From NCBI RefSeq assembly GCF_009914755.1, contig NC_060938.1: a stretch of DNA of 64,000 bases. One strand, 5' to 3'. This document shows, in pieces, positions 26,701-39,200 of the stretch. The notes under the pieces were generated by a model that saw nothing but the letters and a program-made list of their open reading frames with translations, made no database searches and had not been told where the DNA came from. The position numbers were made by a program, and so were the translations under genes. This DNA is from the human T2T-CHM13v2.0 reference genome, Homo sapiens. Each line of letters starts with the position of its first letter. Within the stretch, counting starts at the first letter, position 1.

Positions 26701-29700
26701 ATCCTCCAAGCTATCGAAATATCCACTTGCAGATTCCACAGAAAGACTGTTTCAAAACTGCTCTGTCAATAGAAAGGTTCAACTCTGTTAGCTGCGTGCA
26801 TATATCCCAAAGAAGATTCTGAGATTGCTTCTGTCTAGTTTTTATGGGAAGATATTTCCCTTTTCACCGTAGGTGTCAAGGCGCTCCAAATGTCCACTTC
26901 CAGATACTACAAAAAGAGTGTTTCAAACCTACTCTGTGAAAGGGAATATTCAACTCTGTGACTTGAATGCACATATCACAAAGAAGTTTCTGACAATGCT
27001 TCTGTCGAGATTTTATATGAAGATATTCCCGTTTCCAACGAAATCCTGAAATCTATCCAAATATCCCCTCGCAGATTCTACAAAAAGAGTGTTTCAAAAC
27101 TGCTCTGTGAAAAGAAAGGTTCAACTCTGTTAGTTGAGTACACACATCACAAACAAGTTTCACAGAATGCTTCTTTCTAGCTTGTAGGGGAAGATATTCC
27201 CTTTATCACCATGGGCCTCCAACCGTCCGAAACATCCACTTCCCTATACTACAAAAAGAGCGTTTCAAACCTGCTCTATGAAAGGCAATGTTCAACTCTG
27301 TGACTTGAATGCAGACATCACAGAGCAGTTTCTGAGAATGCTTCTGTCTAGATTTTATAGGAAGATATTCCCGTTTCCAACGAAATCTTCACAGCTATCC
27401 AAATATCCACTTGCAGATTCTACAAAAAGAGTGTATCAAAACTACTCTGTCAAAAGGAAGGTTCTTTTCTGTTAGGTGAGTGCATACGTCATAAAGGAGT
27501 TTCTGAGAATGTTTCTGTCTAGTGGTTATGGGAAGATATTTGCTTTTTCACCGTCGGCCTCAGAGCGCTCCAAATATCCACTTGCACATACTACAAAAAG
27601 AGTGCCTCAAAGCTGCTCTCTGAAACGGAATGTTCAACTCTATGAGTTGAATGCAAACATCGCAAAGACGTTTCTGAGAATGCTTCTGTCTAGATTTGAT
27701 ATGAAGATATTCCCGTTTCCAACGAAATCTTCAAATCTATCCAAATGTCCACTTGCAGATTCAACAAAAGGTGTTTTTCAGAACTGCTCTATGAAAAGAA
27801 AGATCCACCTCTGTTAGCTGAGTTCACACATCACAAACAAGTTTATGAGAATGCTTCTGTCTAGTTTTTATTTGAAGATATTTCCTTTCTCACCATAGAG
27901 CTGAAAGCTGTCCTAATGTTCACTTCCAGATACTACAGAAAGAGTGTTTCAAAACTGCTGTACGAAAGGGAATGTTCAACTCTGTGACTTGAATGCACAC
28001 ATCACAAAGAAGTTTCTGAGGATGCTGCTGTCTACTTTTTATACATAATCCCGTTTCCAACGAAATCCTCCAAGCTATCGAAATATCCACTTGCAGATTC
28101 CACAGAAAGACTGTTTCAAAACTGCTCTGTCGATAGAAAGGTTCAACTCTGTTAGCTGCGTGCATATATCCCAAAGAAGATTCTGAGATTGCTTCTGTCT
28201 AGTTTTTATGGGAAGATATTTCCCTTTTCACCGTAGGTGTCAAGGCGCTCCAAATGTCCACTTCCAGATACTACAAAAAGGGTGTTTCAAACCTACTCTG
28301 TGAAAGGGAATATTCAACTCTGTGACTTGGATGCACATATCACAAAGATGTTTCTGAGAATGCTTCTGTCGAGATTTTATATGAAGATATTCCCGTTTCC
28401 AACGAAATCCTGAAATCTATCCAAATATCCCCTCGCAGATTCTACAAAAAGAGTGTTTCAAAACTGCTCTGTGAAAAGAAAGGTTCAACTCTGTTAGTTG
28501 AGTACACACATCACAAACAAGTTTCACAGAATGCTTCTTTCTAGCTTGTAGGGGAAGATATTCCCTTTATCACCATGGGCCTCCAACCGTCCGAAACATC
28601 CACTTCCATATACTACAAAAAGAGCGTTTCAAACCTGCTCTATGAAAGGCAATGTTCAACTCTGTGACTTGAATGCAGACATCACAGAGCAGTTTCTGAG
28701 AATGCTTCTGTCTAGATTTTATAGGAAGATATTCCCGTTTCCAACGAAATCTTCACAGCTATCCAAATATCCACTTGCAGATTCTACAAAAAGAGTGTAT
28801 CAAAACTGCTCTGTCAAAAGGAAGGTTCTTCTCTGTTAGGTGAGTGCATACGTCATAAAGGAGTTTCTGAGAATGTTTCTGTCTAGTGGTTATGGGAAGA
28901 TATTTGCTTTTTCCCCGTAGGCCTCAGAGCGCTCCAAATATCCACTTGCACATACTACAAAAAGAGTGCTTCAAAGCTGCTCTCTGAAACGGAATGTTCA
29001 ACTCTATGAGTTGAATGCAAACATCACAAAGACGTTTCTGAGAATGCTTCTGTCTAGATTTGATATGAAGATATTCCCGTTTCCAACGAAATCTTCAAAT
29101 CTATCCAAATGTCCACTTGCAGATTCAACAAAAAGTGTTTTTCAGAACTGCTCTATCAAAAGAAAGATCCACCTCTGTTAGCTGAGTTCACACATCACAA
29201 ACAAGTTTATGAGAATGCTTCTGTCTAGTTTTTATTTGAAGATATTTCCTTTCTCACCATAGACCTGAAAGCTGTCCTAATGTTCACTTCCAGATACTAC
29301 AGAAAGAGTGTTTCAAAACTGCTGTACGAAAGGGAATGTTCAACTCTGTGACTTGAATGCACACATCACAAAGAAGTTTCTGAGGATGCTGCTGTCTACT
29401 TTTTATACGTAATCCCGTTTCCAACGAAATCCTCCAAGCTATCCAAATATCCACTTGCAGATTCCACAGAAAGACTGTTTCAAAACTGCTCTGTCAATAG
29501 AAAGGTTCAACTCTGTTAGCTGCGTGCATATATCCCAAAGAAGATTCTGAGATTGCTTCTGTCTAGTTTTTATGGGAAGATATTTCCCTTTTCACCGTAG
29601 GTGTCAAGGCGCTCCAAATGTCCACTTCCAGATACTACAAAAAGAGTGTTTCAAACCTACTCTGTGAAAGGGAATATTCAACTCTGTGATTGAATGCACA

Positions 29701-30270
29701 TATCACAAAGAAGTTTCTGAGAATGCTTCTGTCGAGATTTTATATGAAGATATTCCCGTTTCCAACGAAATCCTGAAATGTATCCAAATATCCCCTCGCA
29801 GATTCTACAAAAAGAGTGTTTCAAAACTGCTCTGTAAAAAGAAAGGTTCAACTCTGTTAGTTGAGTACACACATCACAAACAAGTTTCACAGAATGCTTC
29901 TTTCTAGCTTGTAGGGGAAGATATTCCCTTTATCACCATGGGCCTCCAACCGTCCGAAACATCCACTTCCATATACTACAAAAAGAGCGTTTCAAACCTG
30001 CTCTATGAAAGGCAATGTTCAACTCTGTGACTTGAATGCAGACATCACAGAGCAGTTTCTGAGAATGCTTCTGTCTAGATTTTATAGGAAGATATTCCCG
30101 TTTCCAACGAAATCTTCACAGCTATCCAAATATCCACTTGCAGATTCTACAAAAAGAGTGTATCAAAACTGCTCTGTCAAAAGGAAGGTTCTTCTCTGTT
30201 AGGTGAGTGCATACGTCATAAAGGAGTTTCTGAGAATGTTTCTGTCTAGTGGTTATGGGAAGATATTTGC
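13840..30270. repeat. Tandem duplication of a 6-HOR block, period 8183 bp
   Basis: Rare variants recur at +8183: 16460/24643 (tctcg), 21506/29689 (1-bp deletion), and ORF variants 13963/22146, 14277/22460, 15327/23510, 19293/27476. End points are approximate. Confidence 0.92.
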
Positions 30271-33200
30271 TTTTTCCCCGTAGGCCTCAGAGCGCTCCAA
30301 ATATCCACTTGCACATACTACAAAAAGAGTGCTTCAAAGCTGCTCTCTGAAACGGAATGTTCAACTCTATGAGTTGAATGCAAACATCACAAAGACGTTT
30401 CTGAGAATGCTTCTGTCTAGATTTGATATGAAGATATTCCCGTTTCCAACGAAATCTTCAAATCTATCCAAATGTCCACTTGCAGATTCAACAAAAAGTG
30501 TTTTTCAGAACTGCTCTATCAAAAGAAAGATCCACCTCTGTTAGCTGAGTTCACACATCACAAACAAGTTTATGAGAATGCTTCTGTCTAGTTTTTATTT
30601 GAAGATATTTCCTTTCTCACCATAGACCTGAAAGCTGTCCTAATGTTCACTTCCAGATACTACAGAAAGAGTGTTTCAAAACTGCTGTACGAAAGGGAAT
30701 GTTCAACTCTGTGACTTGAATGCACACATCACAAAGAAGTTTCTGAGGATGCTGCTGTCTACTTTTTATACGTAATCCCGTTTCCAACGAAATCCTCCAA
30801 GCTATCCAAATATCCACTTGCAGATTCCACAGAAAGACTGTTTCAAAACTGCTCTGTCAATAGAAAGGTTCAACTCTGTTAGCTGCGTGCATATATCCCA
30901 AAGAAGATTCTGAGATTGCTTCTGTCTAGTTTTTATGGGAAGATATTTCCCTTTTCACCGTAGGTGTCAAGGCGCTCCAAATGTCCACTTCCAGATACTA
31001 CAAAAAGAGTGTTTCAAACCTACTCTGTGAAAGGGAATATTCAACTCTGTGACTTGAATGCACATATCACAAAGAAGTTTCTGAGAATGCTTCTGTCGAG
31101 ATTTTATATGAAGATATTCCCGTTTCCAACGAAATCCTGAAATGTATCCAAATATCCCCTCGCAGATTCTACAAAAAGAGTGTTTCAAAACTGCTCTGTA
31201 AAAAGAAAGGTTCAACTCTGTTAGTTGAGTACACACATCACAAACAAGTTTCACACAATGCTTCTTTCTAGCTTGTAGGGGAAGATATTCCCTTTATCAC
31301 CATGGGCCTCCAACCGTCCGAAACATCCACTTCCCTATACTACAAAAAGAGCGTTTCAAACCTGCTCTATGAAAGGCAATGTTCAACTCTGTGACTTGAA
31401 TGCAGACATCACAGAGCAGTTTCTGAGAATGCTTCTGTCTAGATTTTATAGGAAGATATTCCCGTTTCCAACGAAATCTTCACAGCTATCCAAATATCCA
31501 CTTGCAGATTCTACAAAAAGAGTGTATCAAAACTGCTCTGTCAAAAGGAAGGTTCTTCTCTGTTAGGTGAGTGCATACGTCATAAAGGAGTTTCTGAGAA
31601 TGTTTCTGTCTAGTGGTTATGGGAAGATATTTGCTTTTTCACCGTAGGCCTCAGGGCGCTCCAAACATCCACTTGCACATACTACAAAAAGAGTGCTTCA
31701 AAGCTGCTCTCTGAAACGGAATGTTCAACTCTATGAGTTGAATGCAAACATCACCAAGACGTTTCTGAGAATGCTTCTGTCTAGATTTGATATGAAGATA
31801 TTCCCGTTTCCAACGAAATCTTCAAATCTATCCAAATGTCCACTTGCAGATTCAACAAAAAGTGTTTTTCAGAACTGCTCTATCAAAAGAAAGATCCACC
31901 TCTGTTAGCTGAGTTCACACATCACAAACAAGTTTATGAGAATGCTTCTGTCTAGTTTTTATTTGAAGATATTTCCTTTCTCACCATAGAGCTGAAAGCT
32001 GTCCTAATGTTCACTTCCAGATACTACAGAAAGAGTGTTTCAAAACTGCTGTACGAAAGGGAATGTTCAACTCTGTGACTTGAATGCACACATCACAAAG
32101 AAGTTTCTGAGGATGCTGCTGTCTACTTTTTATACGTAATCCCGTTTCCAACGAAATCCTCCAAGCTATCCAAATATCCACTTGCAGTTTCCACAGAAAG
32201 ACTGTTTCAAAACTGCTCTGTCAATAGAAAGGTTCAACTCTGTTAGCTGCGTGCATATATCCCAAAGAAGATTCTGAGATTGCTTCTGTCTAGTTTTTAT
32301 GGGAAGATATTTCCCTTTTCACCGTAGGTGTCAAGGCGCTCCAAATGTCCACTTCCAGATACTACAAAAAGAGTGTTTCAAACCTACTCTGTGAAAGGGA
32401 ATATTCAACTCTGTGACTTGAATGCAGATATCACAAAGAAGTTTCTGAGAATGCTTCTGTCGAGATTTTATATGAAGATATTCCCGTTTCCAACGAAATC
32501 CTGAAATGTATCCAAATATCCCCTCGCAGATTCTACAAAAAGAGTGTTTCAAAACTGCTCTGTAAAAAGAAAGGTTCAACTCTGTTAGTTGAGTACACAC
32601 ATCACAAACAAGTTTCACACAATGCTTCTTTCTAGCTTGTAGGGGAAGATATTCCCTTTATCACCATGGGCCTCCAACCGTCCGAAACATCCACTTCCCT
32701 ATACTACAAAAAGAGCGTTTCAAACCTGCTCTACGAAAGGCAATGTTCAACTCTGTGACTTGAATGCAGACATCACAGAGCAGTTTCTGAGAATGCTTCT
32801 GTCTAGATTTTATAGGAAGATATTCCCGTTTCCAACGAAATCTTCACAGCTATCCAAATATCCACTTGCAGATTCTACAAAAAGAGTGTATCAAAACTGC
32901 TCTGTCAAAAGGAAGGTTCTTCTCTGTTAGGTGAGTGCATACGTCATAAAGGAGTTTCTGAGAATGTTTCTGTCTAGTGGTTATGGGAAGATATTTGCTT
33001 TTTCACCGTAGGCCTCAGAGCGCTCCAAATATCCACTGGCACATACTACAAAAAGAGTGCTTCAAAGCTGCTCTCTGAAACGGAATGTTCAACTCTATGA
33101 GTTGAATGCAAACATCACAAAGACGTTTCTGAGAATGCTTCTGTCTAGATTTGATATGAAGATATTCCCGTTTCCAACGAAATATTCAAATCTATCCAAA

Positions 33201-36200
33201 TGTCCACTTGCAGATTCAACAAAAAGTGTTTTTCAGAACTGCTCTATCAAAAGAAAGATCCACCTCTGTTAGCTGAGTTCACACATCACAAACAAGTTTA
33301 TGAGAATGCTTCTGTCTAGTTTTTATTTGAAGATATTTCCTTTCTCACCATAGAGCTGAAAGCTGTCCTAATGTTCACTTCCAGATACTACAGAAAGAGT
33401 GTTTCAAAACTGCTGTACGAAAGGGAATGTTCAACTCTGTGACTTGAATGCACACATCACAAAGAAGTTTCTGAGGATGCTGCTGTCTACTTTTTATACG
33501 TAATCCCGTTTCCAACGAAATCCTCCAAGCTATCCAAATATCCACTTGCAGATTCCACAGAAAGACTGTTTCAAAACTGCTCTGTCAATAGAAAGGTTCA
33601 ACTCTGTTAGCTGCGTGCATATATCCCAAAGAAGATTCTGAGATTGCTTCTGTCTAGTTTTTATGGGAAGATATTTCCCTTTTCACCGTAGGCGTCAAGG
33701 CGCTCCAAATGTCCACTTCCAGATACTACAAAAAGAGTGTTTCAAACCTACTCTGTGAAAGGGAATATTCAACTCTGTGACTTGAATGCACATATCACAA
33801 AGAAGTTTCTGAGAATGCTTCTGTCGAGATTTTATATGAAGATATTCCCGTTTCCAACGAAATCCTGAAATGTATCCAAATATCCCCTCGCAGATTCTAC
33901 AAAAAGAGTGTTTCAAAACTGCTCTTTAAAAAGAAAGGTTCAACTCTGTTAGTTGAGTACACACATCACAAACAAGTTTCACACAATGCTTCTTTCTAGC
34001 TTGTAGGGGAAGATATTCCCTTTATCACCATGGGCCTCAAACCGTCTGAAACGTCCACTTCCATATACTACAAAAAGAGCATTTCAAACCTGCTCTATGA
34101 AAGGCAATGTTCAACTCTGTGACTTGAATGCAGACATCACAGAGCAGTTTCTGAGAATGCTTCTGTCTAGATTTTATAGGAAGATATTCCCGTTTCCAAC
34201 GAAATCTTCACAGCTATCCAAATATCCACTTGCAGATTCTACAAAAAGAGTGTATCAAAACTGCTCTGTCAAAAGGAAGGTTCTTCTCTGTTAGGTGAGT
34301 GCATACGTCATAAAGGAGTTTCTGAGAATGTTTCTGTCTAGTGGTTATGGGAAGATATTTGCTTTTTCACCGTAGGCCTCAGAGCGCTCCAAATATCCAC
34401 TTGCACATACTACAAAAAGAGTGCTTCAAAGCTGCTCTCTGAAACGGAATGTTCAACTCTATGAGTTGAATGCAAACATCACAAAGACGTTTCTGAGAAT
34501 GCTTCTGTCTAGATTTGATATGAAGATATTCCCGTTTCCAACGAAATCTTCAAATCTATCCAAATGTCCACTTGCAGATTCAACAAAAAGTGTTTTTCAG
34601 AACTGCTCTATCAAAAGAAAGATCCACCTCTGTTAGCTGAGTTCACACATCACAAACAAGCTTATGAGAATGCTTCTGTCTAGTTTATATTTGAAGATAT
34701 TTCCTTTCTCACCATAGAGCTGAAAGCTGTCCTAATGTTCACTTCCAGATACTACAGAAAGAGTGTTTCAAAACTGCTGTACGAAAGGGAATGTTCAACT
34801 CTGTGACTTGAATGCACACATCACAAAGAAGTTTCTGAGGATGCTGCTGTCTACTTTTTATACGTAATCCCGTTTATAACGAAATCCTCCAAGCTATCGA
34901 AATATCCACTTGCAGATTCCACAGAAAGACTGTTTCAAAACTGCTCTGTCAATAGAAAGGTTCAACTCTGTTAGCTGCGTGCATATATCCCAAAGAAGAT
35001 TCTGAGATTGCTTCTGTCTAGTTTTTATGGGAAGATATTTCCCTTTTCACCGTAGGTGTCAAGGCGCTCCAAATGTCCACTTCCAGATACTACAAAAAGA
35101 GTGTTTCAAACCTACTCTGTGAAAGGGAATATTCAACTCTGTGACTTGAATGCACATATCACAAAGAAGTTTCTGAGAATGCTTCTGTCGAGATTTTATA
35201 TGAAGATATTCCCGTTTCCAACGAAATCCTGAAATGTATCCAAATATCCCCTCGCAGATTCTACAAAAAGAGTGTTTCAAAACTGCTCTGTGAAAAGAAA
35301 GGTTCAACTCTGTTAGTTGAGTACACACATCACAAACAAGTTTCACAGAATGCTTCTTTCTAGCTTGTAGGGGAAGATATTCCCTTTATCACCATGGGCC
35401 TCCAACCGTCCGAAACATCCACTTCCATATACTACAAAAAGAGCGTTTCAAACCTGCTCTATGAAAGGCAATGTTCAACTCTGTGACTTGAATGCAGACA
35501 TCACAGAGCTGTTTCTGAGAATGCTTCTGTCTAGATTTTATAAGAAGATATTCCCGTTTCCAACGAAATCTTCACAGCTATCCAAATATCCACTTGCAGA
35601 TTCTACAAAAAGAGTGTATCAAAACTGCTCTGTCAAAAGGAAGGTTCTTCTCTGTTAGGTGAGTGCATACGTCATAAAGCAGTTTCTGAGAATGTTTCTG
35701 TCTAGTGGTTATGGGAAGATATTTGCTTTTTCACCGCAGGCCTCAGAGCGGTCCAAATATCCACTTGCACATACTACAAAAAGAGTGCCTCAAAGCTGCT
35801 CTCTGAAACGGAATGTTCAACTCTATGAGTTGAATGCAAACATCACAAAGACGTTTCTGAGAATGCTTCTGTCTAGATTTGATATGAAGATATTCCCGTT
35901 TCCAACGAAATCTTCAAATCTATCCAAATGTCCACTTGCAGATTCAACAAAAAGTGTTTTTCAGAACTGCTCTATCAAAAGAAAGATCCACCTCTGTTAG
36001 CTGAGTTCACACATCACAAACAAGTTTATGAGAATGCTTGTGTCTAGTTTTTATTTGAAGATATTTCCTTTCTCACCGTAGAGCTGAAAGCTGTCCTAAT
36101 GTTCACTTCCAGATACTACAGAAACAGTGTTTCAAAACTGCTGTACGAAAGGGAATGTTCAACTCTGTGACTTGAATGCACACATCACAAAGAAGTTTCT

Positions 36201-39200
36201 GAGGATGCTGCTGTCTACTTTTTATACGTAATCCCGTTTCCAACGAAATCCTCCAAGCTATCCAAATATCCACTTGCGGATTCCACAGAAAGACTGTTTC
36301 AAAACTGCTCTGTCAATAGAAAGGTTCAACTCTGTTAGCTGCGTGCATATATCCCAAAGAAGATTCTGAGATTGCTTCTGTCTAGTTTTTATGGGAAGAT
36401 ATTTCCCTTTTCACCGTAGGTGTCAAGGCGCTCCAAATGTCCACTTCCAGATACTACAAAAAGAGTGTTTCAAACCTACTCTGTGAAAGGGAATATTCAA
36501 CTCTGTGACTTGAATGCACATATCACAAAGAAGTTTCTGAGAATGCTTCTGTCGAGATTTTATATGAAGATATTCCCGTTTCCAACGAAATCCTGAAATG
36601 TATCCAAATATCCCCTCGCAGATTCTACAAAAAGAGTGTTTCAAAACTGCTCTGTAAAAAGAAAGGTTCAACTCTGTTAGTTGAGTACAAACATCACAAA
36701 CAAGTTTCACAGAATGCTTCTTTCTAGCTTGTAGGGGAATATATTCCCTTTATCACCATGGGTCTCAAACCGTCCGAAACGTCCACTTCCATATACTACA
36801 AAAAGAGCGTTTCAAACCTGCTCTATGAAAGGCAATGTTCAACTCTGTGACTTGAATGCAGACATCACAGAGCTGTTTCTGAGAATGCTTCTGTCTAGAT
36901 TTTATAGGAAGATATTCCCGTTTCCAACGAAATCTTCACAGCTATCCAAATATCCACTTGCAGATTCTACAAAAAGAGTGTATCAAAACTGCTCTGTCAA
37001 AAGGAAGGTTCTTCTCTCTTAGGTGAGTGCATACGTCATAAAGGAGTTTCTGAGAATGTTTCTGTCTAGTGGTTATGGGAAGATATTTGCTTTTTCCCCG
37101 TAGGCCTCAGGGCGCTCCAAATGTCCACTTGCACATGCTACAAAAAGAGTGCTTCAAAGCTACTCTCTGGAAGGGAATGTTCAACTCTATGAGTTGAATG
37201 CAAACATCACAAAGACGTTTCTGAGAATGCTTCTGTCTAGATTTGATATGAAGATATTCCCGTTTCCAACGAAATCTTCAAATCTATCCAAATATCCACT
37301 TGCAGATTCAACAAAAAGTGTTTTTCAGAACTGCTCTATCAAAAGAAAGATCCACCTCTGTTAGGTGAGTTCACACATCACAAACAAGTTTATGAGAATG
37401 CTTCTGTCTAGTTTTTATTTGAAGATATTTCCTTTCTCACCATAGTCCTGAAAGCTGTCCTAATGTTCACTTCCAGATACTACAGAAAGAGTGTTTCAAA
37501 ACTGCTGTACGAAAGGGAATGTTCAACTCTGTGACTTGAATGCACACATCACAAAGAAGTTTCTGAGGATGCTGCTGTCTACTTATTATACGTAATCCCG
37601 TTTCCAACGAAATCCTCCAAGCTATCCAAATATCCACTTGCAGATTCCACAGAAAGACTCTTTCAAAACTGTTCTATCAATAGAAAGGTTCAACTCTGTT
37701 AGCTGCGTGCATATATCCCAAAGAAGATTCTGAGATTGCTTCTGTCTAGTTTTTATGGGAAGATATTTCCCTTTTCACCATAGGCGTCAAGGCGCTCCAA
37801 ATGTCCACTTCCAGATACTACAAAAAGAGTGTTTCAAACCTACTCTGTGAAAGGGAATATTCAACTCTGTGACTTGAATGCACATATCACAAAGAAGTTT
37901 CTGAGAATGCTTCTGTCGAGATTTTATATGAAGATATTCCCGTTTCCAACGAAATCCTGAAATCTATCCAAATATCCCCTCGCAGATTCTACAGAAAGAG
38001 TGTTTCAAAACTGCTCTGTAAAAAGAAAGGTTCAACTCTGTTACTTGAGTACACACATCACAAACAAGTTTCACAGAATGCTTCTTTCTAGCTTGTAGGG
38101 GAAGATATTCCCTTTATCACCATGGGCCTCAAACCGTCCGAAACGTCCACTTCCATATACTACAAAAAGAGCGTTTCAAACCTGCTCTAGGAAAGGCAGT
38201 GTTCAACTCTGTGACTTGAATGCAGACATCACAGAGCAGTTTCTGAGAATGCTTCTGTCTAGATTTTATAGGAAGATATTCCCGTTTCCAACGAAATCTT
38301 CACAGCTATCCAAATATCCACTTGCAGATTCTACAAAAGGAGTGTATCAAAACTGCTCTGTCAAAAGGAAGGTTCTTCTCTGTTAGGTGAGTGCATACGT
38401 CATAAAGCAGTTTCTGAGAATGTTTCTGTCTAGTGGTTATGGGAAGATATTTGCTTTTTCACCGCAGGCCTCAGAGCGGTCCAAATATCCACTTGCACAT
38501 ACTACAAAAAGAGTGCCTCAAAGCTGCTCTCTGAAACGGAATGTTCAACTCTATGAGTTGAATGCAAACATCACAAAGACGTTTCTGAGAATGCTTCTGT
38601 CTAGATTTGATATGAAGATATTCCCGTTTCCAACGAAATCTTCAAATCTATCCAAATGTCCACTTGCAGATTCAACAAAAAGTGTTTTTCAGAACTGCTC
38701 TATCAAAAGAAAGATCCACCTCTGTTAGCTGAGTTCACACATCACAAAAAAGTTTATGAGAATGCTTCTGTCTAGTTTTTATTTGAAGATATTTCCTTTC
38801 TCACCGTAGAGCTGAAAGCTGTCCTAATGTTCACTTCCAGATACTACAGAAAGAGTGTTTCAAAACTGCTGTACGAAAGGGAATGTTCAACTCTGTGACT
38901 TGAATGCACACATCACAAAGAAGTTTCTGAGGATGCTGCTGTCTACTTTTTATACGTAATCCCGTTTCCAACGAAATCCTCCAAGCTATCCAAATATCCA
39001 CTTGCAGATTCCACAGAAAGACTGTTTCAAAACTGCTCTGTCAATAGAAAGGTTCAACTCTGTTAGCTGCGTGCATATATCCCAAAGAAGATTCTGAGAT
39101 TGCTTCTGTCTAGTTTTTATGGGAAGATATTTCCCTTTTCACCGTAGGTGTCAAGGCGCTCCAAATGTCCACTTCCAGATACTACAAAAAGAGTGTTTCA

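Noticed and set aside
34658-34663. Gained HindIII site (aagctt)
   Set aside because: A single point substitution, useful only as a marker.
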